This document shows, piece by piece, positions 41,731 to 50,268 of a stretch of 62,997 nt of DNA. The translations under genes and the position numbers were made by a program. This DNA is from Promethearchaeota archaeon (GTDB taxonomy: Archaea > Asgardarchaeota > Lokiarchaeia > Sigyniarchaeales > SOKP01): positions 1 to 62,997 of the forward strand of contig JBHLNT010000009.1 of the NCBI GenBank assembly GCA_048941265.1, written 5' to 3'. Positions within the stretch are counted from its first letter, which is position 1. The number at the start of each line of letters is the position of its first letter. The notes beneath the pieces are model-generated. The model was not told the DNA's origin and did not search any database. It saw nothing but the letters and a program-made list of their open reading frames with translations.

Positions 41731-42372
41731 ACGAGTCAAAACTCCGCAAATTATTGGAATAACAGATTTTCCTCCGAAGGGAAAATTTGGGGACGTACAC
41801 CAAGTAACACAGCAATTTATGCCCTAGAACTTTTTAAAAAGCAAGATATTAAAAAAATCTTAATACCTGGGGCAGGATATGGCAGAAATTCGAAATTATT
41901 TTCAAACCAAAATTTTGAAGTAGTAGGGATTGAGATCTCAGAAATAGCTTATAATTTAGCTAAGGATTATGATATTAAAACCAAATTTATCTTAGGATCT
42001 ATTTTAGATATGCCATTTAACGATGAATTATATGATGCGATCTATTGTTACAATACATTGCATTTATTTCTTAAGGAAGATCGTATTAAGTTCCTTAATA
42101 AATGTTATAATAAGCTCAAAGCCAATGGTTTTGTATTTTTTACTATTTTTTCAGAAAAGGAACAAAGCTTTGGCAAAGGAAACGAATTGGAAGAAAATAC
42201 TTTTGAATCTAAAAAAGGTAGGCCTACTCACTATTTTACGGAGGAAAATATTATTGAACATTTCAATGATTATTTAATCATTGAAACTGGAATAATGAAG
42301 GAGCAAGAAAATCATGGTGAAATAGGATTACATACACATATCCTTAGATATATATTTGCTCAAAAAAAATAA
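41731..42372 (+). CDS. Class I SAM-dependent methyltransferase (213 aa if initiated at ACG 41731)
   Basis: Frame of the 42010 ORF is open back to 41716 and encodes YWNNRF...IWG..PS and ILIPGAGYGRN (SAM motif I) and GIEIS upstream of the ORF-track ATG; GGAG SD then ACG at 41731. Confidence 0.85.
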   Translation, partial: TSQNSANYWNNRFSSEGKIWGRTPSNTAIYALELFKKQDIKKILIPGAGYGRNSKLFSNQNFEVVGIEISEIAYNLAKDYDIKTKFILGSILDMPFNDELYDAIYCYNTLHLFLKEDRIKFLNKCYNKLKANGFVFFTIFSEKEQSFGKGNELEENTFESKKGRPTHYFTEENIIEHFNDYLIIETGIMKEQENHGEIGLHTHILRYIFAQKK

Positions 42373-42424
42373 AAACTTTAGGAGTAAAAGCAATATCATT
42401 AGAAATTTTATAGATTTTAATACT

Positions 42425-43135
42425 TTATAATTGGCGTACAACTCCGTAATAAATAAGGAAGGCTCCAATTAACACGCAGACGTCATAGATATTCCATACC
42501 GCTCTGAGGAAAGGATCATTTATTAAAATCATAACTCCTACTCCGAATAATTCCACATAAATCATAATCATCCCAATGACATATATCTTCCATCTTTTTT
42601 TTATTTTAGGATCTTCAAAAGCCTGATAAAGCTTTATTGAAGTATATAATGTGGGGATTACCGCATATCCGATCCACACGATGTTAGCATAAATAAAAAA
42701 CTGTAAGTTCCACTGAGGTCTATAATAAGTACTTTCATTAATTCGTACTCCCTCTGGAATGAAAAACAAAACAAACAATAAAGCACAATAAATACCTAAG
42801 ATAATAAGTTGTTTTTTTATTGTGAATAGCTTTTCTGACTTCCATAATATGAGGTTAAACATTAATAAAAATATCTGGGCAAGGCAAAAGAATATATAAG
42901 TTATAATATGTAATGCAACAACGACACTTTCATCGACTTGCGTAGTTAATATCACATAAATTGCATTAAATAATCCCCCTAAAAATATAAAAATAAAAAA
43001 GCCACATATAGTTAGATTTAAACGATGTTTATTTTTTCTTAAAATTAGAAAAGATAGAACAAGAAAAAATATCCCTCCTCCTAAAAATATAATAAAAACT
43101 TGAATAATTCTCGAGAAAGGTATTGGTTGGAACAT
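42425..43135 (-). CDS. Stand-alone 7-TM membrane protein (HisKA_7TM-like)
   Basis: Seven hydrophobic segments, RKNKHRLN after TM1, P-x-W in a loop, terminal IYYGVVRQL. Confidence 0.6.
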   Translation of the reverse strand: MFQPIPFSRIIQVFIIFLGGGIFFLVLSFLILRKNKHRLNLTICGFFIFIFLGGLFNAIYVILTTQVDESVVVALHIITYIFFCLAQIFLLMFNLILWKSEKLFTIKKQLIILGIYCALLFVLFFIPEGVRINESTYYRPQWNLQFFIYANIVWIGYAVIPTLYTSIKLYQAFEDPKIKKRWKIYVIGMIMIYVELFGVGVMILINDPFLRAVWNIYDVCVLIGAFLIYYGVVRQL

Positions 43136-43294
43136 AATAACCCCATAACATTTAAAATTATAAATTTTAGTATCTTTGTCAACTATTATTTCTACCTAAT
43201 TATATATAAATGCTTATATTCAGAGATTTTAAATGATAAAATTTAATTTAGTAAAATTAATTATGTAAAAAAAAATATTTTAGAAATAATAGAA

Positions 43295-44308
43295 TTAAGG
43301 CTCTACTAAAATCTTTAGATCTTTTGTTTCTGGATCAATAGCACATTCAAATCCTTGTTCAACAATATCTTTTAGAGGGATTATTTTTGTAATTATTGGT
43401 TCTGGATCTATTAATTTTCTTGCAACAAGATCTACTGCAAACTCAAAATCTTCTCGAAGATATGCATATACTCCTAATATATGATTTTGATTCATCACGT
43501 ATTTTAATAGGTTTATTTCGAGAGGTTTGTCCCATAATCCTATCTGGACAATAGTTCCCCCCTTACGAACAACATCAAGGGCCGCATTTACTAAAATCGG
43601 CACACCTGAGCATTCAAATACAAAATCAGAACCAGAAACACCGCGCTTATTTGCTCTTTTTATTTTTGGTAAGGTCAATTTGTTCAACGCTAAATCTGGG
43701 TTAAATTTTTTAGCTATTTCTAATCTATTTGGATTTTTTTCTACTGCTACTATGGTACGAGCTCCTGCTATTTTTAAACACTGCAGCATGAATTGTCCCA
43801 TTGTCCCCAATCCTAATACAACAGCAGAATTACCTGCTGTAAACTTTGATTCTCTTAAAGCTAATAGACATGTGCCAATTTGATCAAATACCGTTCCATG
43901 TTTATCTGGTATAGAATCGGGTAAAGCTACAAGATGATGGTCTTGTACAAGAACATATTCAGCAAATCCTCCATTAGCACCTATACCAATTGAATCTTCA
44001 TAAACGCACAGATTTGTGAGTCCCTGATTGCAGAAAAAGCATTTTCCACAATGTAAAGAGGGAAAAACTGTCACACGTTCTCCTATTTTCCATTTTTTAA
44101 CATTTGGACCCATTTCAACTATAGTTCCACAAAATTCATGCCCTAATACTACATGTGCGGGATATAATCCAGTTTTATACGCTTCTAAATCTGATCCACA
44201 TATCCCCGCATATTTTACCTTGATTAAAACCTCATTTTCCTTTGGTACCGGTTTAGGGATTTCTATTAATTCAATTTTCTTTTCCCCTTGATATTGTGCA
44301 CCTAGCAT
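43295..44308 (-). CDS. Zinc-dependent medium-chain dehydrogenase (butanediol/threonine dehydrogenase-like)
   Basis: GICGSD, GHEFCG, CGKCFFC...NLC structural Zn, GLGTMG, KILVEP. Confidence 0.92.
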   Translation of the reverse strand: MLGAQYQGEKKIELIEIPKPVPKENEVLIKVKYAGICGSDLEAYKTGLYPAHVVLGHEFCGTIVEMGPNVKKWKIGERVTVFPSLHCGKCFFCNQGLTNLCVYEDSIGIGANGGFAEYVLVQDHHLVALPDSIPDKHGTVFDQIGTCLLALRESKFTAGNSAVVLGLGTMGQFMLQCLKIAGARTIVAVEKNPNRLEIAKKFNPDLALNKLTLPKIKRANKRGVSGSDFVFECSGVPILVNAALDVVRKGGTIVQIGLWDKPLEINLLKYVMNQNHILGVYAYLREDFEFAVDLVARKLIDPEPIITKIIPLKDIVEQGFECAIDPETKDLKILVEP

Positions 44309-44318
44309 TAACCTCCCT

Positions 44319-46109
44319 CTATTTCTGTGTAGATACCTCTAACATTATATTTTCGGCTTTTTGTTTCACTTCACGTTTCCAGGTCGCAGGATTATAGAAT
44401 TCTTTAGCTAGATAATCCATTACCGTATTCACTTTAGGATTGATCCGTACATCTATTACGGCGGGAATACCCGAATCAAACGCTCTCTGTAAAGCAGGGC
44501 GTATCTCATTAGGATCTGTAACCAATTCTCCATAACAATTGAACGCTTCGGCGTATTTATCATATCTCGTCTCATCACTCAATGAAGATCCTAATCCAAA
44601 GTACTTTTTACCATGTGCTAACTTTTGACTTCGTGCAACCATTCCCCACAGGCGATCATTAGCTATAACAACCACAAAAGGTAAGTCATGTCTTCGAGCG
44701 GTATCAAGTTCTTTTCCATTAAATAAAAATGAACCATCTCCAGTTAAAACAACTATTTTCTTATCTGGATATGCATATTTAGTAGCTATCGCAGCCGGAA
44801 CTCCACCACCAAGATGTTGGATTCCCATACCTCCTGAAAAGTATATTGATTTAGGAAAATAAGATTTTGTCATAGTTAAACCCCAAACTGTTGTATCTCC
44901 CCCATCCAAAATAATATACCCATCTTTAGGCATAAAATCGGCTATTTCCTTAACTAATCGCTGAGGTTGAATTGGAATTTTATCTGAAGAGCCCTCTCTT
45001 TCTATACGCTCATTAAATTTAGCTAATTCCTCTTTAATAGCCTGATTCCAAGAAGTTTCTTGTCTGAGAGATTTTATTTTCTCTTTTGCAATCTTAATGA
45101 GTTGTTTAAGAACACCTTTTACATCTCCTACTATGGGGACATCAATAGCACGATTTCTACCAATTTCTTCTGCTTTTATATCAACTTGAATGAGTTTAGT
45201 ATCATCAGCAAAACAAGGCATATAACCAAAATTCATCATTCCAGTTATTCTTGCTCCTAATATTAGTATGACATCAGCTTTCTGAAGTAAAACCGTTCCA
45301 GGACCATCTAATGGGCTTGCTAACCCAAAATATAAAGGATGATCAGGTGAAATGCATCCATTTCCAAACCCCCATAATCCTACGGGTATCTGGGTTAATT
45401 CAGCAAATTTGACAAGTTCTTCAGAAGCTCCAGAAAAATTCACTCCCGTGCCAGCAAAAATTAAAGGACGTTCTGCTTCTAATAACAAATCTAATGCTTC
45501 AGACACAACTTCTTCATTTCCATATGGACCATGGAACGCCCTAAGTTTTCCTACTGGTTTAAAGGCTTGTTTTACAATTTCTAGTTCATCATCACATTCT
45601 TTTATTATCTCATCTACAGGAATAAGTAATAAAACTGGACCTGGCCTTCCTGTTGAGGCTATTCTGAAAGCCATATTAATATATTCAGGTATTCGAGCTG
45701 TTTCATGACAATACCCTGTCCATTTGGTAACAGGACGGAATGCTGGGGCAACATCAATTTCATTAGCAGATAATTTGTCAAATTCCATCAATGGCGTGCT
45801 TGGACATATTGCTACAATTGGAATACTTGCATCCATAGCTATAGGAATAGAAGGAAATAAGTCGGTAATACCGGGCCCACTTTGGACTGAACAAACTCCA
45901 ATTTTGCCAGTTGCTAAATAATAACCAATAGCAGCATGCCCAGTGGCTTGTTCATGACGAAAATCTATCAGATCGATTCCAGTTTCAGTACATTCTTTAT
46001 CTTGGCAGTAATTATAAATCATATCGTTATCTCCGCAAAGTGTAAAGATTACTTTAACGCCTTGATTACTTAATGCGCGAACAATTAACTGCGCACCATT
46101 TACTAACAT
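44319..46109 (-). CDS. Thiamine diphosphate-dependent enzyme (acetolactate synthase / 2-hydroxyacyl-CoA lyase family)
   Basis: RHEQ, SGPG, GRPGPV, LDGGD, GDGSF...NDRLWG ThDP motif. Confidence 0.9.
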   Translation of the reverse strand: MLVNGAQLIVRALSNQGVKVIFTLCGDNDMIYNYCQDKECTETGIDLIDFRHEQATGHAAIGYYLATGKIGVCSVQSGPGITDLFPSIPIAMDASIPIVAICPSTPLMEFDKLSANEIDVAPAFRPVTKWTGYCHETARIPEYINMAFRIASTGRPGPVLLLIPVDEIIKECDDELEIVKQAFKPVGKLRAFHGPYGNEEVVSEALDLLLEAERPLIFAGTGVNFSGASEELVKFAELTQIPVGLWGFGNGCISPDHPLYFGLASPLDGPGTVLLQKADVILILGARITGMMNFGYMPCFADDTKLIQVDIKAEEIGRNRAIDVPIVGDVKGVLKQLIKIAKEKIKSLRQETSWNQAIKEELAKFNERIEREGSSDKIPIQPQRLVKEIADFMPKDGYIILDGGDTTVWGLTMTKSYFPKSIYFSGGMGIQHLGGGVPAAIATKYAYPDKKIVVLTGDGSFLFNGKELDTARRHDLPFVVVIANDRLWGMVARSQKLAHGKKYFGLGSSLSDETRYDKYAEAFNCYGELVTDPNEIRPALQRAFDSGIPAVIDVRINPKVNTVMDYLAKEFYNPATWKREVKQKAENIMLEVSTQK

Positions 46110-46178
46110 ATTTTCACCACTTTTTTATTTTCTTTTATGATATTATATTTTTTAATATTTTTTCAAAACTATCAAATT

Positions 46179-46850
46179 TTATAAATCTCCTTCGATAATT
46201 GAATTGATAAGTTCTTGTGTGAGTTTCTCAACTGTTTTTCTCGAGTCTTGTGCAAACTCATTGAAATCATCACTAAAACTAAGCTCATTAAATAATCGAT
46301 TATTAAAGAAAGACACGATTCCATGAAGTTCTATCCAGATTCTTAATGTAATAAGTTTTGGATCTCTTCCATGTAATTTAGGATTGTGATTGATATACTC
46401 GGAGATAATTGTGAAACTTAAATCTAAGATTCGAAAGGCTTTTCTAGTCTGATATTCTACTAATGCTTCAAATCCCGTACCTAAATAGTCAGAGACCCTT
46501 GCTCTATTAAACATGATATTATATTGATTAATACGGTTGGGATTTATACCAAATTCTATGTATTCTCGAATTAACACTTTAATTTTTTCAATCGGGGAGT
46601 TTGCAGAATTAACTGCATTTTTAACTATACGATAAAGCATTTTAAATCCGTTGTTATCTAAAGCTATAATGATATTTTCTTTACTTTTAAAATAGTTATA
46701 AAGATTTGCTGCTGACATTCCCATCTGAGCAGCAAGTTTCCTCATCGAAAGGTTATCAATTCCTTTATCATTTATTATGTTTAAAGCACAGTCTAATATC
46801 TCTTTCTTTACTTTTCTCACTTCTTGAGTTTTTCTTGCTGCTTTGGGCAT
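46179..46850 (-). CDS. TetR/AcrR family transcriptional regulator
   Basis: ILDCAL...GIDNLSMRKLAAQMGMSAANLYNYFKSKE HTH. ATG 46850 is preferred because the TTG at 46898 lies within the putative operator. Confidence 0.92.
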   Translation of the reverse strand: MPKAARKTQEVRKVKKEILDCALNIINDKGIDNLSMRKLAAQMGMSAANLYNYFKSKENIIIALDNNGFKMLYRIVKNAVNSANSPIEKIKVLIREYIEFGINPNRINQYNIMFNRARVSDYLGTGFEALVEYQTRKAFRILDLSFTIISEYINHNPKLHGRDPKLITLRIWIELHGIVSFFNNRLFNELSFSDDFNEFAQDSRKTVEKLTQELINSIIEGDL

Positions 46851-46884
46851 AGTCTCTGGAGATTTATGGTTTATTTTGATATTC

Positions 46885-46915
46885 TGAACATCGTTCAATT
46901 ATTGAACAGTGTTAA
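46885..46915. promoter_or_regulatory. Tandem palindromic operator (TGAAC-N3-GTTCA and TGAAC-N3-GTTAA), probable TetR autoregulatory site
   Basis: TGAACATCGTTCA at 46885-46897 and TGAACAGTGTTAA at 46903-46915, 35-65 nt upstream of the tetR start. Confidence 0.6.
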
Positions 46916-47049
46916 GTTTATTTTTGATAAAATTGTATTTAAAGATTTCGATATTTATAACATCAAATTTTTATAAATAAAATAAAAAAGAGGTTAAATA
47001 TAATATTTATAAAAATTTACTACTTTTTCTCCTGATTAGCGGTTCTCAT

Positions 47050-47454
47050 TCATAAGGCGTTAAATTTAATCCATCCATAAACCGTAAAGACTATAGCAAA
47101 AATCAAACTTAAAGATAAAACTATTATATTCAAATATGCTTTGAAATCTTTAGTTTTAAATATTCCATTTTGAATTGAAAATGCTATATCGATTAATCCT
47201 AAAAACATCATTCCGCTTCCTGCTGCAATTGTAAAAAAAATACCATAATTCTCTCCCGTAATAAGGCCATAAGCTCCCATAAATAAGCATGGGGTAATCC
47301 ATCCAATATCTGGAAGTGGAAATGTACGTTCATATACTATATACCATTCTTTCTGTTCAGGATCCTTGTATTCAAAAACAAAGAAATAAATCCAAAATAC
47401 AATAATACCAATACCAATAAAAATTTCGAAACCCGCTATTATTAAATCTAACAT
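47050..47454 (-). CDS. Hypothetical 4-TM membrane protein
   Basis: 134 aa with four hydrophobic segments and a YERTFPLPD motif. Confidence 0.7.
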   Translation of the reverse strand: MLDLIIAGFEIFIGIGIIVFWIYFFVFEYKDPEQKEWYIVYERTFPLPDIGWITPCLFMGAYGLITGENYGIFFTIAAGSGMMFLGLIDIAFSIQNGIFKTKDFKAYLNIIVLSLSLIFAIVFTVYGWIKFNAL

Positions 47455-47538
47455 TTATTTATCTAGCTTTGTTATAATAAAACCTATGATTAATTTAGGA
47501 GTTAAACTAGTATTTAAATATTGAAAAAATTAAAAAAC

Positions 47539-48351
47539 TTAAATATCTGATTTAAAATAATAAGCTGGAACACCAACTTCTGCGATACCACCATCTACAG
47601 GGAAGTTATGACCAGTTATAAAGTCTGATTCTGGAGAAGCTAGAAAAACTGAAACATTTACAATATCTTCTACAGTTCCTAACCTATTTAAAGGAGTTTT
47701 AACATTTCCATCTTTCATTGTCATTACCATTGCTTCCTCATTATTATTATAGATGCCGGTCACGTGATATCCCGGTGAAATAGCATTAACTGTTATTTTT
47801 GGAGCCAAACTTTGCGCAAGCAATTTTGTCATTGCTATTACACCTGCTTTACAGATAGAATATGCAGGTATTTTATTATCTACGACCATCCCGGCGATTG
47901 AAGCTGTATGTATGATTTTACCTGAAATTGGCTTAAATTCTTGTTTTTTCATTCCTTTGCATATTGATTTAGATACAAGCCATTGGCCTTTAAGATTTAT
48001 ATCGAATAATCGATCCCAGTATTTTTCTTTTAATCTTAATAGATCTGGTCCATATGGATCACCAATGCCAGCATTATTATTTAATATATAAATATTATCC
48101 AATTCATTGAACGCTTGTTTTGCCATTGCTTCCACCTGATCCGATTTAGATACATCACATACAATGGGAATCACTTTCTGTCCACTTTCTTGGGATATTT
48201 TTTTTGAAGTTTCTTCCAATGATTGTTCATTAATATCAACTAATATTAAATCTGCTCCTCTCAGTGCATAAGCATGAGCAAAACCTCTTCCAAAACCTGA
48301 AGCCCCTCCAGTAATAAGAGCTCCTTTTCCTTCTAAAAATTTATCTATCAA
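47539..48351 (-). CDS. Short-chain dehydrogenase/reductase
   Basis: TGGASGFG, NNAG, YSICK, VDGG; tandem paralogue of the next gene. Confidence 0.92.
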   Translation of the reverse strand: MIDKFLEGKGALITGGASGFGRGFAHAYALRGADLILVDINEQSLEETSKKISQESGQKVIPIVCDVSKSDQVEAMAKQAFNELDNIYILNNNAGIGDPYGPDLLRLKEKYWDRLFDINLKGQWLVSKSICKGMKKQEFKPISGKIIHTASIAGMVVDNKIPAYSICKAGVIAMTKLLAQSLAPKITVNAISPGYHVTGIYNNNEEAMVMTMKDGNVKTPLNRLGTVEDIVNVSVFLASPESDFITGHNFPVDGGIAEVGVPAYYFKSDI

Positions 48352-48453
48352 ATAATATCACTCAATTTTAAAATTTTACTATATATATTTTCTTTTTCTC
48401 TATAAAACTTAAAGATTTTTAAAAAAAAAAGAAAATATTTGATTTGAGAAATA

Positions 48454-49266
48454 TTATATCTCTACATCCAAATCAAAAGGAGGAACGCCAACATCTGCAA
48501 TACCACCGTCAATTGTAAAACAATGACCAGTTATAAAATCACTTTCACTTGAAGCCAAAAATAGAACTAATTTTACCACATCTTCAACTGTTCCAATTCT
48601 ATTCAAAGGAGTTTTAACATGTCCGTCTTTCATGCTTTGTAACATAATATCCTCTCTATAGCCATATATTCCAGTAACATGGTATCCAGGTGCTATTGCA
48701 TTTGAAGTTATATGAGGTGCAAGCGTTTTTGCTAAAAGTTTAGTAAGTGCTATTACTGCAATTTTACTTATACTATAGGCTGGAACAAAAGGACTTAAAG
48801 TTATTCCATAAACAGAACTTGTATGAACGACTTTACCTCTTAATGGTTTAAAATTTTGTCTATTCATTTGTCGACATACAAACTTATCCACTAACCATTG
48901 ACCTTTAAGATTAACGTCTATAGTTCTATCCCATGCCTTTTCACCAATACGAATTACATTAAGACCATATGCCAGCGCTGTCCCAGCATTATTAAATAAA
49001 AAATATATATTGTCAAGCTCATTAAAAGCCTGATCGGCCATATCCTTTACAGCTTTAGAATCTACAACATCACATACTATGGGTATCACTTTTTTACCTG
49101 TTTTTTCTATAATCGCCTTAGAAGTTTCTTCTAATAGTGTTTCATTTAAATCTACTAAAACTAAATCAGCCCCTTGTTCGGCAAACGCATAGGCGGTACC
49201 TCTTCCGAATCCAGATGCTCCACCTGTTATGAGGACGCCTTTTCCCTCTAAAAATTTTTCAACCAT
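48454..49266 (-). CDS. Short-chain dehydrogenase/reductase (tandem paralogue)
   Basis: TGGASGFG, NNAG, YSISK, PGYHVTGIY shared with 47539-48351. Confidence 0.92.
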   Translation of the reverse strand: MVEKFLEGKGVLITGGASGFGRGTAYAFAEQGADLVLVDLNETLLEETSKAIIEKTGKKVIPIVCDVVDSKAVKDMADQAFNELDNIYFLFNNAGTALAYGLNVIRIGEKAWDRTIDVNLKGQWLVDKFVCRQMNRQNFKPLRGKVVHTSSVYGITLSPFVPAYSISKIAVIALTKLLAKTLAPHITSNAIAPGYHVTGIYGYREDIMLQSMKDGHVKTPLNRIGTVEDVVKLVLFLASSESDFITGHCFTIDGGIADVGVPPFDLDVEI

Positions 49267-49349
49267 GTTTAACACTAAAATTATTTTTTTGGATTTATCA
49301 ATTCATACTATGTCAATTCTATTAATAAAAATTTACAAAATCAGGTTGA

Positions 49350-50117
49350 TTAAAAAATATAAAGGAATTTATGAAAAAGAGAGAGATCTGAATTTGCTTT
49401 TTCTTTGTTATTTTGGAAGAAACTTCTTTTTCTCCAAAATATTAATCCTATTACTCCAAAAACTATTAAAATAATTAGGAACAAATCATAACCAGGAATT
49501 TCTTCTCTAAGTAACACTATTTTTACAAAAGTATCTCCATTATTATCAATGTATTCTATTTTTTCTAACATCCCATCGTCACCATATTTCATCTCGATTT
49601 CATATTTTGCGGTTTCAATCTTATATTTAGCTACAAGTTTGTCATCTTCTATAGATACATCAATAATGGGGTTATTAAAGTCGTCACGGAATTCTTCAAT
49701 ATACCTAATATAAGGTGATGGAACAATCCACATCCTTGCGATATCATCTAAATCTAAAATGTTATCGGCCAGGTCTTCTGGATCTTTATAAACAGTTTTA
49801 ATTTTTTGGTCATCTGGGGGGCCACTAAAGTCATCGGTATTATCGGTATAATCCCATCTGTCATAAGATATAACCCATTTTTCATCTCTATTATCGATAT
49901 TTGTTATTTTTATCTGTTGCTGGTCACCTTCATCGAAGTCCGCTCCCTTTAAAAAAATGTCTTTATATGTATCTTCATCATATTTATCAACTCTCCATAT
50001 CCAGTTAGTATTCTCATTGACATCGAGAGTATATTCCGTCGCTACCGCATTCATTACAGTAAAGTAATTAATAAGTATGAGAAGTAGTGCTACTTCGAAA
50101 TATATTTTTTTTTTCAT
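49350..50117 (-). CDS. Secreted acidic protein with C-terminal IPGY-TM-basic anchor (Loki-CTERM/PGF-CTERM-like)
   Basis: N-terminal signal peptide MKKKIYFEVALLLILINYFTVMNAVA; C-terminal EEIPGYDLFLIILIVFGVIGLIFWRKR. Confidence 0.75.
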   Translation of the reverse strand: MKKKIYFEVALLLILINYFTVMNAVATEYTLDVNENTNWIWRVDKYDEDTYKDIFLKGADFDEGDQQQIKITNIDNRDEKWVISYDRWDYTDNTDDFSGPPDDQKIKTVYKDPEDLADNILDLDDIARMWIVPSPYIRYIEEFRDDFNNPIIDVSIEDDKLVAKYKIETAKYEIEMKYGDDGMLEKIEYIDNNGDTFVKIVLLREEIPGYDLFLIILIVFGVIGLIFWRKRSFFQNNKEKANSDLSLFHKFLYIF

Positions 50118-50268
50118 ATCTTATAGTCTTATGAAGTATTACTATGATAACAAAATTCAAGTCTTTTAATGAATTTTATTGATTTAAGGAAAATTAAATC
50201 AAAAACTTTAATTATAAAACTATTTTTAAAATGTAATAAAGATAACTATAATATGGTGAATGAATCAC

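Noticed and set aside
42010-42372. 120-aa methyltransferase as called by the ORF track
   Set aside because: It omits SAM motif I, which is encoded in frame upstream; replaced by the 41731 model.
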